DNA of 64,000 nucleotides from Lama glama (taxonomy: Eukaryota), in contig CM052816.1 in NCBI GenBank assembly GCA_028534125.1, positions 13,642,001-13,706,000 of the forward strand, given 5' to 3'. A model generated the notes under the pieces. The model did not search any database, was not told the DNA's origin, and worked only from the letters and a program-made list of their open reading frames with translations. Position 1 is the first letter of the stretch. Each line of letters opens with the position of its first letter. Made by a program: the position numbers and the translations under genes. Below are positions 38,401 to 51,334 of the stretch, in pieces.

Positions 38401-40039
38401 ACTCGACTGAGTTCTCAGACCTGAGATCCTCCTGTGTCACACGATGCTGCCTGACACCATGAAGATAGACTCCCCTCTGTTACTTGGGACAATGGAGAGG
38501 ACATCAAAAAGAGAACATCCCCAAAGCCACTGCTTCTTGGCTACTTCCACCCAAAAAGACTGCTGGCCTCTTACGTAGGTGATTAGTGTGGATGTGCAGC
38601 TGCACAGAGATCTCCTTCTGGAGCCTTCACTGTGATGCACACAGGAACCTCACACGCACATTCCAGGAAGAGGAGAGAGGAAGGCGGGGAGGCTGGTGCC
38701 GGCGCTGGGTGCACGCCAAGCTCCGTGGCACCCTGCTCGTATAACCCCATGGTTCCGTGTTCAGGCAGTGCAAGACACAGCTCGGAGCCAAGCAGCGTCA
38801 ATAATATTTACTTTGCAGAAACATCTGTTGCTCGAAAGGCAGAATGCTGGCCAGAGCAGAGCAAAGGCGTAACTGGCAGCCTCTGGGGAGGACAAGTCTC
38901 CGCTTTACAGAGCAAGCAGGCTCTGCCTCTGAGTGGGGAGACCAGGCAGGTAAGGGAGATGGAAGCAGCCGGAGGCCTGGGCCCTGATGGGCTGTTCCTA
39001 CAGCTGCCTGCTCACTCCGGGACCAGGGAAAAGTGCCCTTCTCTTCTGGGAGATACTGTGCTCTGCCACAGCAGGTACTAACCTGCAGAGTTTATGAGAA
39101 TAAGCCAGGTATAATTCTTTCTTTCACCAAAACAGAAGGTTTACCCTCATTTTTTAAAAGCTAGAATCTACCTTGATTTATTTAAGTTTTACTAGTAATA
39201 CTGAAAGACAAGCCCTTTCCTTTCCCTCCTTGGGTAAAACTTAACATACACAAACACACACGCACAAAGGCCTCAAAGTAACTTTGCAATTATATTTCTT
39301 TTCAGTGCATCTGACCTCCAAAGTCATCGAGATGGGATATAACTACCCTTAAAACGTTCTGCTACTCTGTCACATGTCCCTGGACTTAGAAACAGTTAAT
39401 AAAGACCAGCTGGCAAGGTAAGTACTTGCAACACTTACCCTCTGCACCTCATCACCCTGCAGTTGGGATGATTCTGGAATTACTCATGAGCAGTCTTATA
39501 TCACAAAGCACAATGAGTGCCTAGGATAGGGCTGGGCATGGTGGCCCTCCAGACCCGCTGTGTTGATCTGATCGGCCACAGCCACACGAGTTGCCTTCAG
39601 TGTCTGAGATTCCCCAGGCAAGAGGACCCGCGGTGAGAGCTGTGAGGTGGACATGAGCCCGAGAGACTGCAGCTTTTCCCCACAAGCCCCACTCCCAGGC
39701 AACACTCAACACGCTCAAAACCAAATTCTCTCTCCTCTCCTACCAGCTCCCCAGAGAGCCAACCAAGGGTCTCATCCTGTGTCCCCAGAGAACACCACCA
39801 TTCATCCTCACACACAAGTCAGAGTCAGACACCCACGTGTCATCCTTGATGGCAACAGTGTCCTTCCCAAGTCGGTCCATTGTGCCTCCTAAGCACAATC
39901 CTCCGTTATCACCAGCCCCGGCACCGAATACCCCCAATGGCCTGGATAACTGCAAGCACCCCTCCCTGGTCTCCCCACATCCACTGTTGTCCCAGCAGCG
40001 GCTCTCCACCCAGATGTGTCAGCTCCAGCAGTGAATCCT

Positions 40040-40435
40040 GCCATGGCTTCTAGAGCTCTAAGATCAAAGACCAAAGTCCTTCCAAAGGCCCGCGACGTCC
40101 TGCAGGGCCCAGGCTGCCACCTCCCAGTGGGGTCTAGAAGCCCTGGACTCTGCCAGTTCCTGGGATGTGCCCTGCTCCTACATACAGCCTTCAGCTCAGC
40201 AGATTCTTCCTCCAAGAAGCCTTCCCTGACTTCTCTAATCAGGCCAAACTCTGCCCCAATTTCACTCCCAGGATCCTCTGTACCTCTTCTTCACAGCAAT
40301 TTTATATTGTTTGGGTAATTATTTGATTAGTATCTCCCCGACGGGTAAGTTCCATAAGGGTGAGGGCTGTTTCCCTTCATGCTCACCACCGTATCCTCAG
40401 AACCTAGCACAGTGTCTGGCTGAGAGCGGGTGTCA
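40040..40435 (+). mobile_element. LINE-2 3' remnant
   Basis: cctccaagaagccttccctgac...gtaagttccataagggtgaggg...gctcaccaccgtatcctcagaacctagcacagtgtctggc. Confidence 0.65.
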
Positions 40436-41799
40436 CAGAAAAAACAAAGGGAAAGAGGAAGTCGGGTACTCCATAGTTCATTACACTCATCAAAGGTGAA
40501 CCTCTGATTTTATGCTTGACAAGTGAAAAAAAGCAGATTAGGTAGATTAGGAGAAACTTTCCAATTTATGTAAATCAGATTGGAGCTTAGTGTGTAAGAA
40601 TGTGTTTACTTTTAACATAAACCACCTCCCCTGCCGTTGTCCATTGAGGAAGATTCCCACAGAGCTGAAGAATGAGCTGGCAGGAAGCAAAACCTTCTCT
40701 ATACGAAGTGACCAAGACAAATGAGCTGGAAACATGCCAACTGTTGGTCACAGGTGTCCTCTTTCAGGCACGTCCCCAAGCCTGAAGCTAAAACAGATGA
40801 AAGAAGAGTTCCCAGAGACTCCTCTCTTTCCCCATACCTGGGCAAGCTGAGAATACATACCACTAAAAACTGTGCTTGGAGAGAAGAATTTCCCCCACTC
40901 ACCGTTTCCCCAAGTCTGCATGTGGCACTTTAAACTTAGTTCCACTGCTTAACTGTAAGGGAAGCAAGGGATGGCCCCTGATTAAATGCCACCCTACAGC
41001 CTCAACTCGACAGTATATGAGCAAAAAGAAACAGATCATGTTCAATTCTTAAAATAATAGCATTTGTCTGGTTTCTGTGATGCGCAGTCTTGCCTGTGGC
41101 CTCTAGGTGGCGATCAACTGTATCAGAGAAGGTGTGCAGAGACTCAAGGAGAAATGACAGGGCCAACCTCAAATGCAGTGCTGGGGACAGATCCTGTCTC
41201 ACTGATGAAGACGCCCATCCAGTGGATGCTCAATCAGCAACGGAGGGAGGGGTCCTGGCCTCCACGGGGGAAGAACCGTCCTGAGAGTTTCCAAGGGCTT
41301 ATATTCATCTTATCCTTATCCTGAGACATGGAGGGGAGGGGCTGGAGGGATGAAGTCTCCACCAAAGTGTGTCTTGCATTTTTTCAAGTCTGGCTGGAGC
41401 AGCCTCACAAAACCTCTCATCTCACCAGAGGAAGACACACCCACCAACCGTAATCAACTACATCGCATCACGTAATGTGCATTCTGATTACACATCTGCA
41501 CGCTGTTCCTAAGGCCATTTCCCCTAAAACTTTATTTCCTAAATGAGGCCAAAGCCAGCACTGACTCTGGAGACTTTGTTTTCCCAACCAGAGCACTAAG
41601 GCTAATGAAATTTTCAGAGTTGATTTTTAAAATGAAATCAAATAGAACAAAGAAAGGTATGTCATCCTTTTTCCAGACAAGGTTTCTAACTCTACTCACA
41701 TGGAAACTTCCTTCAAGGAAGGATAACATAAGAGACTCAAACCAACCTTAACCTATATCAAAATAACTTTAAATATATTATGCATTAATTTACTGGATA

Positions 41800-42000
41800 C
41801 TTACGGCATAACATGTGCCTACTAAGCACTTTAAATCATTTCATCCCTACAACCATCATCCTACTGAGTATGTATTATTCCATTTTGTAGATGGGTAAAC
41901 AGACTCAGAGGTTAAATAACCTGTCACAACACAGTTAATGAGTGGTAGTATAAGAAACCTGGTCCCTCTGACCCCAAAACTCTTAACTACAACACCATTT
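41800..42000 (-). mobile_element. MIR SINE
   Basis: ctaagcacttta...ccattttgtagatgggtaaacagactcagaggttaaataacctgtc. Confidence 0.65.
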
Positions 42001-42927
42001 TGCCTAATTTACTCAAATATTTGAGAATCTGCTATCAATGCATTCAAAGAAATAAAAAGATGACATGCATACATTCCATATCCTTGAGGCAAATACAATT
42101 TAGAAGGGCCTAATCTGTGTATACAAACTAATAAATTAAAGCAGTACATGCTAAGGCAATCCACGAGTTAAAAAAAAATAGCCACAGAAGTGTAAGAGGG
42201 ATATTATTTCAGCTGGGGCCATTGAAGGAGGCTTCCCAGGAAAAAAGAATAGGGAGTGGCATTTGAATGAGCCTTAAAAGTTCAGTACTATTAGGATATG
42301 TAGACAAGAGAGGAGGTACAGGACAGGGGAGACAGACACGGAAAGGCATTCTAGAAGTTGGAAAGAGAAGCAAAGGGCTGCAAAAGCGGAAGATCTACCC
42401 AGAAACAGCAGGAAGTTCTGCTTGATGGACACAAGGTTAGAAAAGGAAGAAAGGTCAGAAACAAACTCTCGAAGGACTTGAATGCCAAGCTAAGGAATTT
42501 GGGCTTCATCCCTGAGGAAATGGAAACCAGAATTTTATACAGAAGAGACACAAGGTCATCTAAGACACTCATTAAGCCTTCCACTAAGGAAAGACTTAAG
42601 GAGACCTTAGATACTAATCAAATAATTACCCCCACAATATAAAATTGCCGTGAAGGAGCATTAAGGATCTGGCCCAGAACTCAGTATGGGGACTTCTACT
42701 GACTTTTCATCCTGCTTCACTGCAAGAACATGCAACCACAGTCAAGATATCTCTCCCTGGCAGATGACCATTTGACACGTCTCAACCAAGACACTGTACA
42801 TAGACCACCCAGTGTGGAGATAAGGAGAACACAAAGGATTCAAAGAAACTCTGCTCCCTGTGAAAAACTCCAAGTTCAGGTCCAATTATGAGTGATCAGT
42901 AGCATCACCCCTGTGTATACATAATTA

Positions 42928-43118
42928 CGGTTGACCCTTGAACAACCCAGGGGTTAATCATGTTTAACTTACAGTCAGCCCTCCGTATTCACAGTTCCTC
43001 CACATCTGCAGATTCAACCAACCACAGACCATGCTGTACTGTAGTATTAACAATTGAAAAATATTTGCGTTTAAGTGGACCCACCCAGTTGAAACCTGCA
43101 TTGTTCAAGGGTCAACAG
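42928..43118. mobile_element. Tigger2-family MITE (MER8/Tigger2a-like)
   Basis: Terminal inverted repeats cggttgacccttgaacaa / ttgttcaagggtcaacag, with TA duplication on both sides. Confidence 0.85.
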
Positions 43119-43340
43119 TACATACAAATGATGTACACAAAGATGTTTATGTTTCCGAAGTGCTATATTAGCTTTTCCTCCTAAGAACAATGAGAGTTTA
43201 AGTGATAGCATTTCATCCTTTATAGACAAGGAGATTTAAGGACTAGCTTAATGACAGTGCATGTCACACATTAGGTGTTTCATGAACATTTGCTAATCAC
43301 TGATCATTATGTTAAGTGATTCAGCATCAGATCTATAATA

Positions 43341-43733
43341 TGTAAAAATAAATACACAGAAACCTCAATTAAAATAGAGTCAGGAAGCCAAAAGGGTGAG
43401 CTCTCATGCCCTACCAAGATAGCAGGGTCCTGCAGGAAGAAAGACTTCCTCCTTCTGTCTGGCAAGAACTCAGCCAATGAGAGACTGTCACAACACAGCC
43501 GATGAAAAGTTACTATACTTCAAACTCTCAATTCCTCCAATGGACTCTTTGTATACCCAATTTACTCCCCCACCTCCACCCCTGTTTAAAAGAGTTCTTC
43601 TCCTCTTGCTTGTGGGGACTCACATATGGATCACCATAGTTGGAGACCCCAAACTGCAATTCTTTATTGATTCTAAATAAACCCATTTTTTGATGGAGGA
43701 AATACACAGCAGTCTATTTGTTTTAGGTCAAGA
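43341..43733 (+). repeat. 5' LTR of the provirus (~393 bp)
   Basis: Aligns by eye with 49590-49959. Contains a CCAAT box, AATAAA at 43676-43681, and ends ...ttttaggtcaaga. Confidence 0.9.
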
Positions 43734-43736
43734 TTT

Positions 43737-43754
43737 TGGTGGCCCATATGGGGT
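43737..43754 (+). promoter_or_regulatory. Retroviral primer-binding site, tRNA-Ile(AAU) type
   Basis: TGGTGGCCCATATGGGGT versus TGGTGGCCCGTACGGGGA, the complement of the tRNA-Ile 3' end recalled from memory: 15/18 identical, and two of the three differences are CpG-decay transitions. Confidence 0.8.
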
Positions 43755-44400
43755 TCCAGAGAAGACCCCTAATGACTCCAAGGCTGGTAACCAAGCAGGG
43801 GTGGTATCCACATCGAGCCCCCTGTTGCTCACTGCTTTTCTCATTGACCCTGGAGTCTGAGGGTTTTCTCCTTCTCTCCAAATCCAAGCTTCTACCCTCT
43901 TTGCATTTTGAAGCTCTCTAGGTTTTATTTGGGATCTATTTTAAGGCTTTATAATTTCTGGTTAAGGCCTTGTTCTGTATTCAAGTAATTACCTGGCACT
44001 TCTGCCTAAGTTTTTAAATCAGGCTGTTCCAATTGGAACTGGGCCAGCCTTCAGCCCATTCCTTCTGGAACATGGCTGTTTCATTGGGACTGTGTCACTT
44101 CAGCCTGATTCCTTTTGAAATAGCGGCTATTCTGTTGCAACTGTGCTGTTAAGCTTTTGGCCTGACTCCTCAGGAATTGAACCGCTCTGTTGGAACTGTG
44201 CTGTTTTACCTTTGGCCTGACTCCTTGGGAATTACAGTGTTGTCCTCAGAGCTGAGCTGTGCAGCCTTCAGCCTGGCTCTTTCAGGATCAGAATGTTCCC
44301 TTAGGACAGACTGGTATTAGGCCTGCAGACTGTGTGAGCTGTCTGAGCTGTCTAGGCTGTTTGAAAATTACTCTTTACTCAAAACAAAAACCTCTGCGAG

Positions 44401-45670
44401 ATGGGTTCCTAGTTATCAGAATATTTTGAAGGCACCCCCCTACACACATACACACCAGGATTATAGCCAATTTTGTTTTAATACCGCAATCCTTCCTCAT
44501 GTGCATTTCTAACTAAATGGACCAACCTACCCAAAGGCAATTTAGAACATCAATGGTCATTATGGGGAACTTTCAAAATCCCCAAACTTACTTTTCTTAA
44601 AACCAAATTGGACAACCACAGCTCAAAAATGTCCAAAACTGAATGAAATGCCTATTTTGATTGGTATTTTGAAGCTTCCACAAAGCATCAGGAGCCTAAA
44701 ATTGCCTCTCTGCAAAATAAGACTTTGAGATTAACTTAGGCAAACAAAAGATTAAAGAAAGATGAAATGGCTTCTGAAGACTGTGGCTCCTCTTCCTGGG
44801 CTCCTTATCTCAGGCTTGGCCTCTGGTACCATCTGACCCTTTAAAATTAAGCTTTCTGAGGATTTAGAGGCCAACCCCTTAATTTCTTATATTCCCTGGA
44901 TGGAAGTTGAACTGCAAGCTACAATCAAAGATTTTCCTGAAGTAGCCAAAGATCTTCACAGACCGCTGAGGAATCTAATGAAGTCATTCTAATTTTGCTC
45001 TGACTTACATCAGCTAGTTCATATGTTCATGGGTAAAGGCCAGGCCCAACATTGGATGAAACCTGCTAAAAAGGAAAACCCTGAAGGTCTCTAGAATTAC
45101 AACTGGGAGACCAGTCCACTGACTTACTATATTATTGGGCTCAGGCAATCACTAGGTAACTTCATCAGGTAATTCCTAGGGCTTTTCCAAAACCTGTTGA
45201 TTGAAACAAAATTCAGGAATTCAAACAAAAATCAGATGAACCTGTTCATGACTGTTACAATCAACTTCAGGTTATTTTTAAAAGAAATTCTGGTCTTCCC
45301 TTCAGATGTTGATCCCACTCATGTAGCTTTTAACGCTATGTTTATTAGTAGGCTGAACTGGCAGCTTTCCCTTCTAGTAAAAAGGACCGGGATGAAATAG
45401 GAAAATATGTCCACTCCAGTTTTAGTGAGTCTGGCAAACCAGCTCTCTTGTGCTCTACATGAGTCACCTAAAAGGAAGACTACTTATAATTCTTAATCTT
45501 CAACTCCAGCAAATGAAGGCCCCAAAATGAAACCAAAACCCTCCTAGTCTCTGCTATTACTGCAAAGAGCCAGGACATTGGAAAGAGGCTGTTACAAATC
45601 TAAGTGCTTCCGGCACCTCCAGCCCTCTAAAACCAGCCTTTCCAATGTCCTCTGGATTCTCGATGGCAGG
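44401..45670 (+). pseudogene. ERV gag remnant (boundaries approximate)
   Basis: Starts ATG GGT (Met-Gly). Matrix-like stretch WTNLPKGNLEHQWSLWGTF near 44518. Zinc knuckle CYYCKEPGHWK at 45552. Multiple stops. Confidence 0.75.
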
Positions 45671-45719
45671 GCTCCAAGGAACTATGGGGCTCCTACCAAT
45701 CCTCCATCTTAAGTCAGCC

Positions 45720-48700
45720 TGGAGAAACATTTCTCCAGATTAGGGATGAATCTTTTCCAGTCCTAAATGGCACCAGAGCTCAGCACCCTCAGTGCTCAAC
45801 GCAACTATGACAAAACAGCCATGCTTCGGGGTACTAGGACAGTTCAGATAATTGGGATCTCTAATGAACCTCAAAAGGTTCCTGTCTCTGAACCTATTCC
45901 CTTTAATGTAAGCCCTTTGAGAAATAACACCTTATTCTCCTTAATTCCTCTGCCCCATCCATTTATTAGGCTTAGATCTCTTAGAAAAGTATTGTGCCGA
46001 AATTTCTTTCTCCTCAAAGGGGGAATTAACTGTAGAATTTGACAGTAGCTGTCAAAGCAGCCAACCGGGCAAATTAAATGACCCTTTGACATCTTATATT
46101 TGCTCCATTTCTAATGACACTAGGGCTGATTCTGGAAACACTGATCATTTTTCCCTATTGAATCAGCTACCAACCTGCGTCTGGGTAAAATCTCCAACTG
46201 ATATTGGCAAAATGCATAGCGCATCTCCCATCAAGACTCAAAGAGATGCCTCAAAACCTCTCCCCAGAATGAATCAATACCCTGTAAGAAGGCCTTCAAG
46301 ATATAAACCCCATAACAGAAGAGTATGAGGCTTAAGGCCTCACTATCCCTTGCACTAGTCCCTGCAATACCCCTATTCTGCTGGTGAGAAACCCTAAGGC
46401 TCAAGGGTGGAGGTCTGTCCAGGAACTCTGAGCAATAAACAGCATTCTCTCTCAACACCCTATTGTCCCTAATCCTCATACGTTACTAATATCCAGTCCT
46501 GCTGGACACAGATTCTTCACTGTAATTAATTTATGCAGGGCATTCTTTAGTATTCCAGCCATGAAGTTGGCCAATACCACTTTGTCTTCACTTGGGAAGA
46601 AAAAACAATTCACCTGGACAGTTAACGCCTCAGGGTTTTGTTTCTCAAAAGTCCTGAAGCCTGATCTGGATGATAGAAAGTTCCCTAGAAGCTCTAGTTT
46701 GTTGCAATATGGGGAAGATTTGCGTCTTTGTTCTCCTTCTCAAGCCTCTTCACAGGAAAACTGCACTCACTTGCTAAAGATTTTAGCCTTACAGGGACAT
46801 AAGGTTACCAAGGAAAAACACTGAGGTTTGCCAAAATCCAGATTCAATATCTGATATCAGAACCAAGGCTATACCTAGAATCAGATAGTTTTCATGGGGT
46901 CCTAAGTTTCCCAAAACTCAAAACTAATCACCAACTGTGACGTTTCCTCAGGCTAGCTGGTTATTGGTAAAACTGGATTCCAAATTTCTCTCTTCATGGC
47001 CAAACCTCTAAGTCTTTTACTAAAGAACAAACACTCCAACTCAATTTTATAAGAAGAACCTGACAACACAGCCTTTAAGGCTTTGAAGGAGAATTTGATG
47101 AGGCCACCTGCCCTTGGACTTCCGGATTATCAGATTCCCTTTTTCCTTTTGTCGAAGGAAGTGAAAGGAAGGAAATGTCCTTGGGGTACTCGCCCAAAAC
47201 ATGAGAACAACCATTGACCACGGGGCACTACAGCCAGCAACTGGGCACCCTGGCACAGGGAAAGCCCCTGCCTTACAGACATCATTCCCACTGCCCTTTC
47301 GGTTAAGGCAAACAGGAGATTCATTATAGGATATACCCCCTTTAACTAGTTTTGTATCTCCCGCAGTAGAAGCCCTCCTGAATTTTCATCACGGTCCACA
47401 TTTCTCAGTTAGCCACCTCACCTCCTAAAATAATAAGCTTCACCTAGCTACTCCTCTCCCTGCTGTCACCCAAAAAGTCCCTCACAACTGCTCAATGCCA
47501 GCAGATCACCTCTTGACTCTTTGTAATGATCTGTAGTTAATTCCTCTGGGTCAGATTGACTTCGCATTGTTCCCTGATGGTTCTTATGTAAAAGATGACA
47601 ATGGTGAATACTGGGCCGGGTATGCTATTCCAACTCCTTTTGATATTGTGGTGGCCGCATCTTTACCTCTGGCTGCTTCAGCCTAACAGACTGAATTATA
47701 CGATCTTAAACGGGCTTGGACTTCAGCCAAGGGCAAAACTGCCAATATTTATACTGATAGTAGACAGGCATTCAGAGCAGCTCATGATTTGGGAATGTCG
47801 TGGAAGCAACATGACATCCTTACTTCCAGCAGAAATAAAATGAAACATGGCCCATACCTTCAGGAACTGTTGGATACCATACTTTTACCCACTGCTTTAG
47901 CTATTATTAAGATTCCAGGACATTCTAAACTTGACTCTCTGGAAGCTGAGGGAAATCACCTCGCTGACATTTCTGCAAGGAATGCCGCCCTTAAAGAAAC
48001 CAAGAGCAGCCAAACCTCTGTCGTGGTCCAAATAAATATCTCCCCAAATGGTAACTTAGAAAAGTTGGCTAGAGCAGCCTAACAACTGGCTTCAAAAAAG
48101 GAAAAACAAAATTGAAAATTCAACAATTGTTGGTCTGACAAAAAGAGAAAGCACTGATTCAGACCGGATAACAACTCAGCCCTGTTGATATTCTAAAATC
48201 CCCACTCCTCACCGCTGCACATCCACTAACCCAATGGCCTGTTAACAAAATGATTTTTAAAAAGTGGGGATGAAAGTGAATCCATATTGGTGGGAAACAT
48301 TAACAGGGCTGCAGAAAGTCCCTACCTCATTTGTTCCACTTGTCCAAAGTACAACCTAAGGAAGCCTGCATGCTGCTCCCCAACATTTCAAACTGCCCGA
48401 TAGACGATCTGAAGTCTGGCAAATGGATTTCATACAACTTCCTCTGTCTTGTGGATATAAATATATTTTAGTCGTTGTCTGTATATTTTTATACTGGACT
48501 GAAGCCTTCCCTTGCAGACAGGCTACTGCCTCTTCTGTGGTTAAAGTTCTTTTGGAAAAGACTGTCCCTCCCTGGGGAACTCCTCTCAAACTTCATAATG
48601 ATTATGGAACCCATTTTACTGGTCAAGTACTTCAACAAGTATGTGCTGTTTGTCTAGTTTTACAACATGTTCAGTGTGCTCACCATCCTCAATCCTCTGT

Positions 48701-49200
48701 TTCAGTCAAATGCACTAATGGCATTATTAATATTCCATTGGCAAAATTTGTAGAGGCCCTCCACATACCTTTGTCAAAGACACTGCCATTGATAGTTCTA
48801 ACTCTCAGATCCACCCCTTTTGGAACTCAAACTCTCACACTTTGAGATAGTCACAAGATGCCCAATGCACTTGGCTCCTCCTTCTTTTAACCCACGAATG
48901 ATAAAAGGAAGGATTTTCCAATATTGCAAAGGCCTAATTGCTTCTATTAAAAATAAACATTTGGGTAGTGCCATCTTTTCACAGTGCCCTCTCAGGAGAC
49001 AAATACCTTCAGTATCACCTTGCAACCTGGAGATTTCATTTATTAGAAAAGACATCTCGTGAAAGACGCTCTTCAACTTCATTGGAAAGGACCCTATCAG
49101 ATACTGCTAACCAACTTTTGTGCTGCCAAAATACAAGGAACATATTCTTGTATTTACATGACACACCTGAAGAAAGCACCAAACAACTGGATCTGCACAT
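45720..49200 (+). pseudogene. ERV pro-pol remnant (protease, RT, RNase H, integrase; boundaries approximate)
   Basis: RT motifs NQYP, SPCNTPI, FFTVINLCRAFFSIP and LLQYGEDL (decayed YxDD). RNase H motifs LFPDGSY and IIKIPGHSK..GNHLAD (ORF 47789..48082). Integrase WQMDFIQLP (ORF 48423..48845) and the C-terminal WKGPYQILL near 49083. Confidence 0.9.
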
Positions 49201-49589
49201 CATCTGGTGACCTAAATGTAAAGATTTCCTGGAACTGAAGAAGATATCTGATGAGACAGCTTTCCTAAGGTATCTGGACCAGGCCTACTGAAGTCTGTGT
49301 GCCAAACCTTTGATGTTAACATAATGCCTCAGATGCTCTCTAACGACTATGACCTTGATAACATACAGACTTTAGATAAAACTGCCTGAGAGTTCTCCCT
49401 CCTAAACTTCCTTATTTCTCAGATGTGACTTCAATAGGATTCCTATCTATGCACTTTCTTTCTGATGTGGGACACTACACTCAGAAAACATCCTTCCTGG
49501 TATTGAGGGACAAAAAGCCGCTAAAACCAGAAAACTTAACTCTTGATCAGTGATGCTGTCAAAGAAAGAGCCTGACCAAAAGGGTGAAA

Positions 49590-49959
49590 TGTAAAAATTA
49601 ATAAACGAAAACCTCAATTAAAATAGAGTTGGGAGGCGAAAACGAGGAGCTCCCGCACCCTACGATGACAGCAGAGCCCAAGAGGAAGTAGAAAGACTTC
49701 CTCTTCTTGTTGGCAAGAGCTCAGCCACCAAAAAGCTACTATACTTCGAATACTCAATTCCTCCAATGGACTCTTTGTTTACTATATAGCCCTACCAACT
49801 TCCTTTTTCCCTCTTTTAAAAGAGTTCTCCTGTCTTTGCCACGCAGGGACTCATATGCAGCTCACCATGGTTATAGACACCAAACTGCAATTCTTTGTTG
49901 GTCTTAAAAAAAAATTTTGTTAAAAAAATAACTGGCAGTCTCTTTGTTCTAGGTCAACA
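49590..49959 (+). repeat. 3' LTR of the provirus (~370 bp)
   Basis: Runs TGTAAAAATT...AGGTCAACA (TG...CA termini), preceded by aaaagggtgaaa, and is homologous to the 5' LTR. Confidence 0.9.
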
Positions 49960-50248
49960 GATGAAAACACAAATCCTAGAGACTACAGTACTAAACTTGA
50001 ATCACTCAGCACTAACACAAAGCAGAAGAGAACACAGAGAACTGAGGTACAGGATTCAGAACAATTGCATTTACATAATGACCCCAAGACCTTGTAAGAC
50101 AGCAAGTCAGCAGAGGAAAAACTCCCTCAAGAGAAACAGTGATGGTTTGCTTAGTTAAAACAAAGAAATCCATTTTGAGAGGGACTAATCAAGTAAAAGG
50201 AAGAGGGAAAAAAAGAGGGTATTTCCAGCCCACTGAAGTACAAAATGT

Positions 50249-50281
50249 ACACACTCACACACACACACACACACACACACA
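50249..50281. repeat. (CA)n microsatellite
   Basis: ac run with one interruption. Confidence 0.93.
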
Positions 50282-51334
50282 GATCAAGTCAAGGGCAATT
50301 CAGAAGAGTGTGAAGTACATGGACTCCACAAACATGGGTTCAAACCCTAGATCTGCCAATTACTAGCTATATGACTTTGAGCAAATTATTCAACCTTTCC
50401 AAGCGTTTCTATAACTATGCAGATAAAACGTACCTCACAGGGCTGTCGTGGGAATTTTAAAAAAAGGAAAGAAAAGAAAACACGTTATGAACGAGCAGAG
50501 CGCAGGGTAGTTCTTAGAAGCTGGTAGCTTAGAGGCTCACAAACACAGGCTGGGTAGAAGTTTACTTGCAGGTTAGAGATAAAAAAATCAACAAAAGGAG
50601 AATCTTAATTAGCATAAGAATTAAGAAATTTTTGCCTCATTGATTCACCAAACTAATCAAAGACCCCATTCTAATGAACTATGAAAAACGCATTTGAGTC
50701 GTTAAGAGTTTTCCTCACATGCTTAGAAAGCCCTAATGCATCTGCAAATTAAAAATTGCCTTTCACACCTTGCAGATGAAAGCAAAGGCAAAAATCCTGG
50801 ACTAAATAATACTGTTTTTTAACTGAACTATAACTTAAAGCAGTATGGGTTTCTTCTTGAGAAGTTTATTAAACTCAAATGTACTGGAGAAAGGGTGGTA
50901 TCATCAAACCCTTTTTGTCATTCGCCTGGGGACAGAGGCTAGGCCCAGATGAAACAGATTTAAGAGTGAGAGTGGTAACATGACATCCAAGGTGAATGGG
51001 ATTTTCAGCATGCACAGGCCTGAAGTGAGCGTCCTAAGAAGATGGTATTTGTGCTTTGTCCCTGAAATATGCATGTGTTAGAAAAGGATTGGGGGGAGGG
51101 GGGCAGGAAGAAGAAACCACACAAGTCAGACCAAAGGGTCTGTAGGGTTGCAGGGAGAGCGGGTCAGATTAGCACTGGGAAGGCCAGCAGGGGCCCGAGG
51201 GGGCGGAGCTAGGGCACAGGCTGAGAAGGGGGAGCATCCTGTGGGGCAATACCACTGCATGGGGAAGGGGCAGCTGATCCTGGCTCGGGCCTTGAGACTT
51301 GGCTTTTGCTTCTAGAACATCCTCCCTTCTTAGA

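Larger units (their letters stand above)
43341..49959 (+). mobile_element. Decayed class I (gammaretrovirus-like, ERV1) provirus, LTR-gag-pro-pol-LTR, no env; antisense in ARHGAP26 intron 1
   Basis: Two homologous LTRs start TGTAAAAAT. A primer-binding site follows the 5' LTR and a polypurine tract (49578-49589) precedes the 3' LTR. Gag, RT, RNase H and integrase motifs appear in order, broken by stops and frameshifts. Confidence 0.93.

Noticed and set aside
39410..39445. Strong donor motifs (GTAAGT) on both strands in inverted arrangement, a possible cryptic exon end
   Set aside because: No convincing upstream acceptor or pyrimidine tract on the gene strand, and 6-7 nt matches are common.
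44020..44295. Leader tandem array considered as a CRISPR-like repeat-spacer array
   Set aside because: The units are contiguous degenerate copies with no unique spacers, the context is a mammalian provirus, and there are no cas genes.
47789..48845. ERV RNase H and integrase ORFs as a domesticated or functional gene
   Set aside because: They are short fragments bounded by stops and frameshifts. RT YxDD has decayed to YGED and the integrase catalytic region is degenerate.
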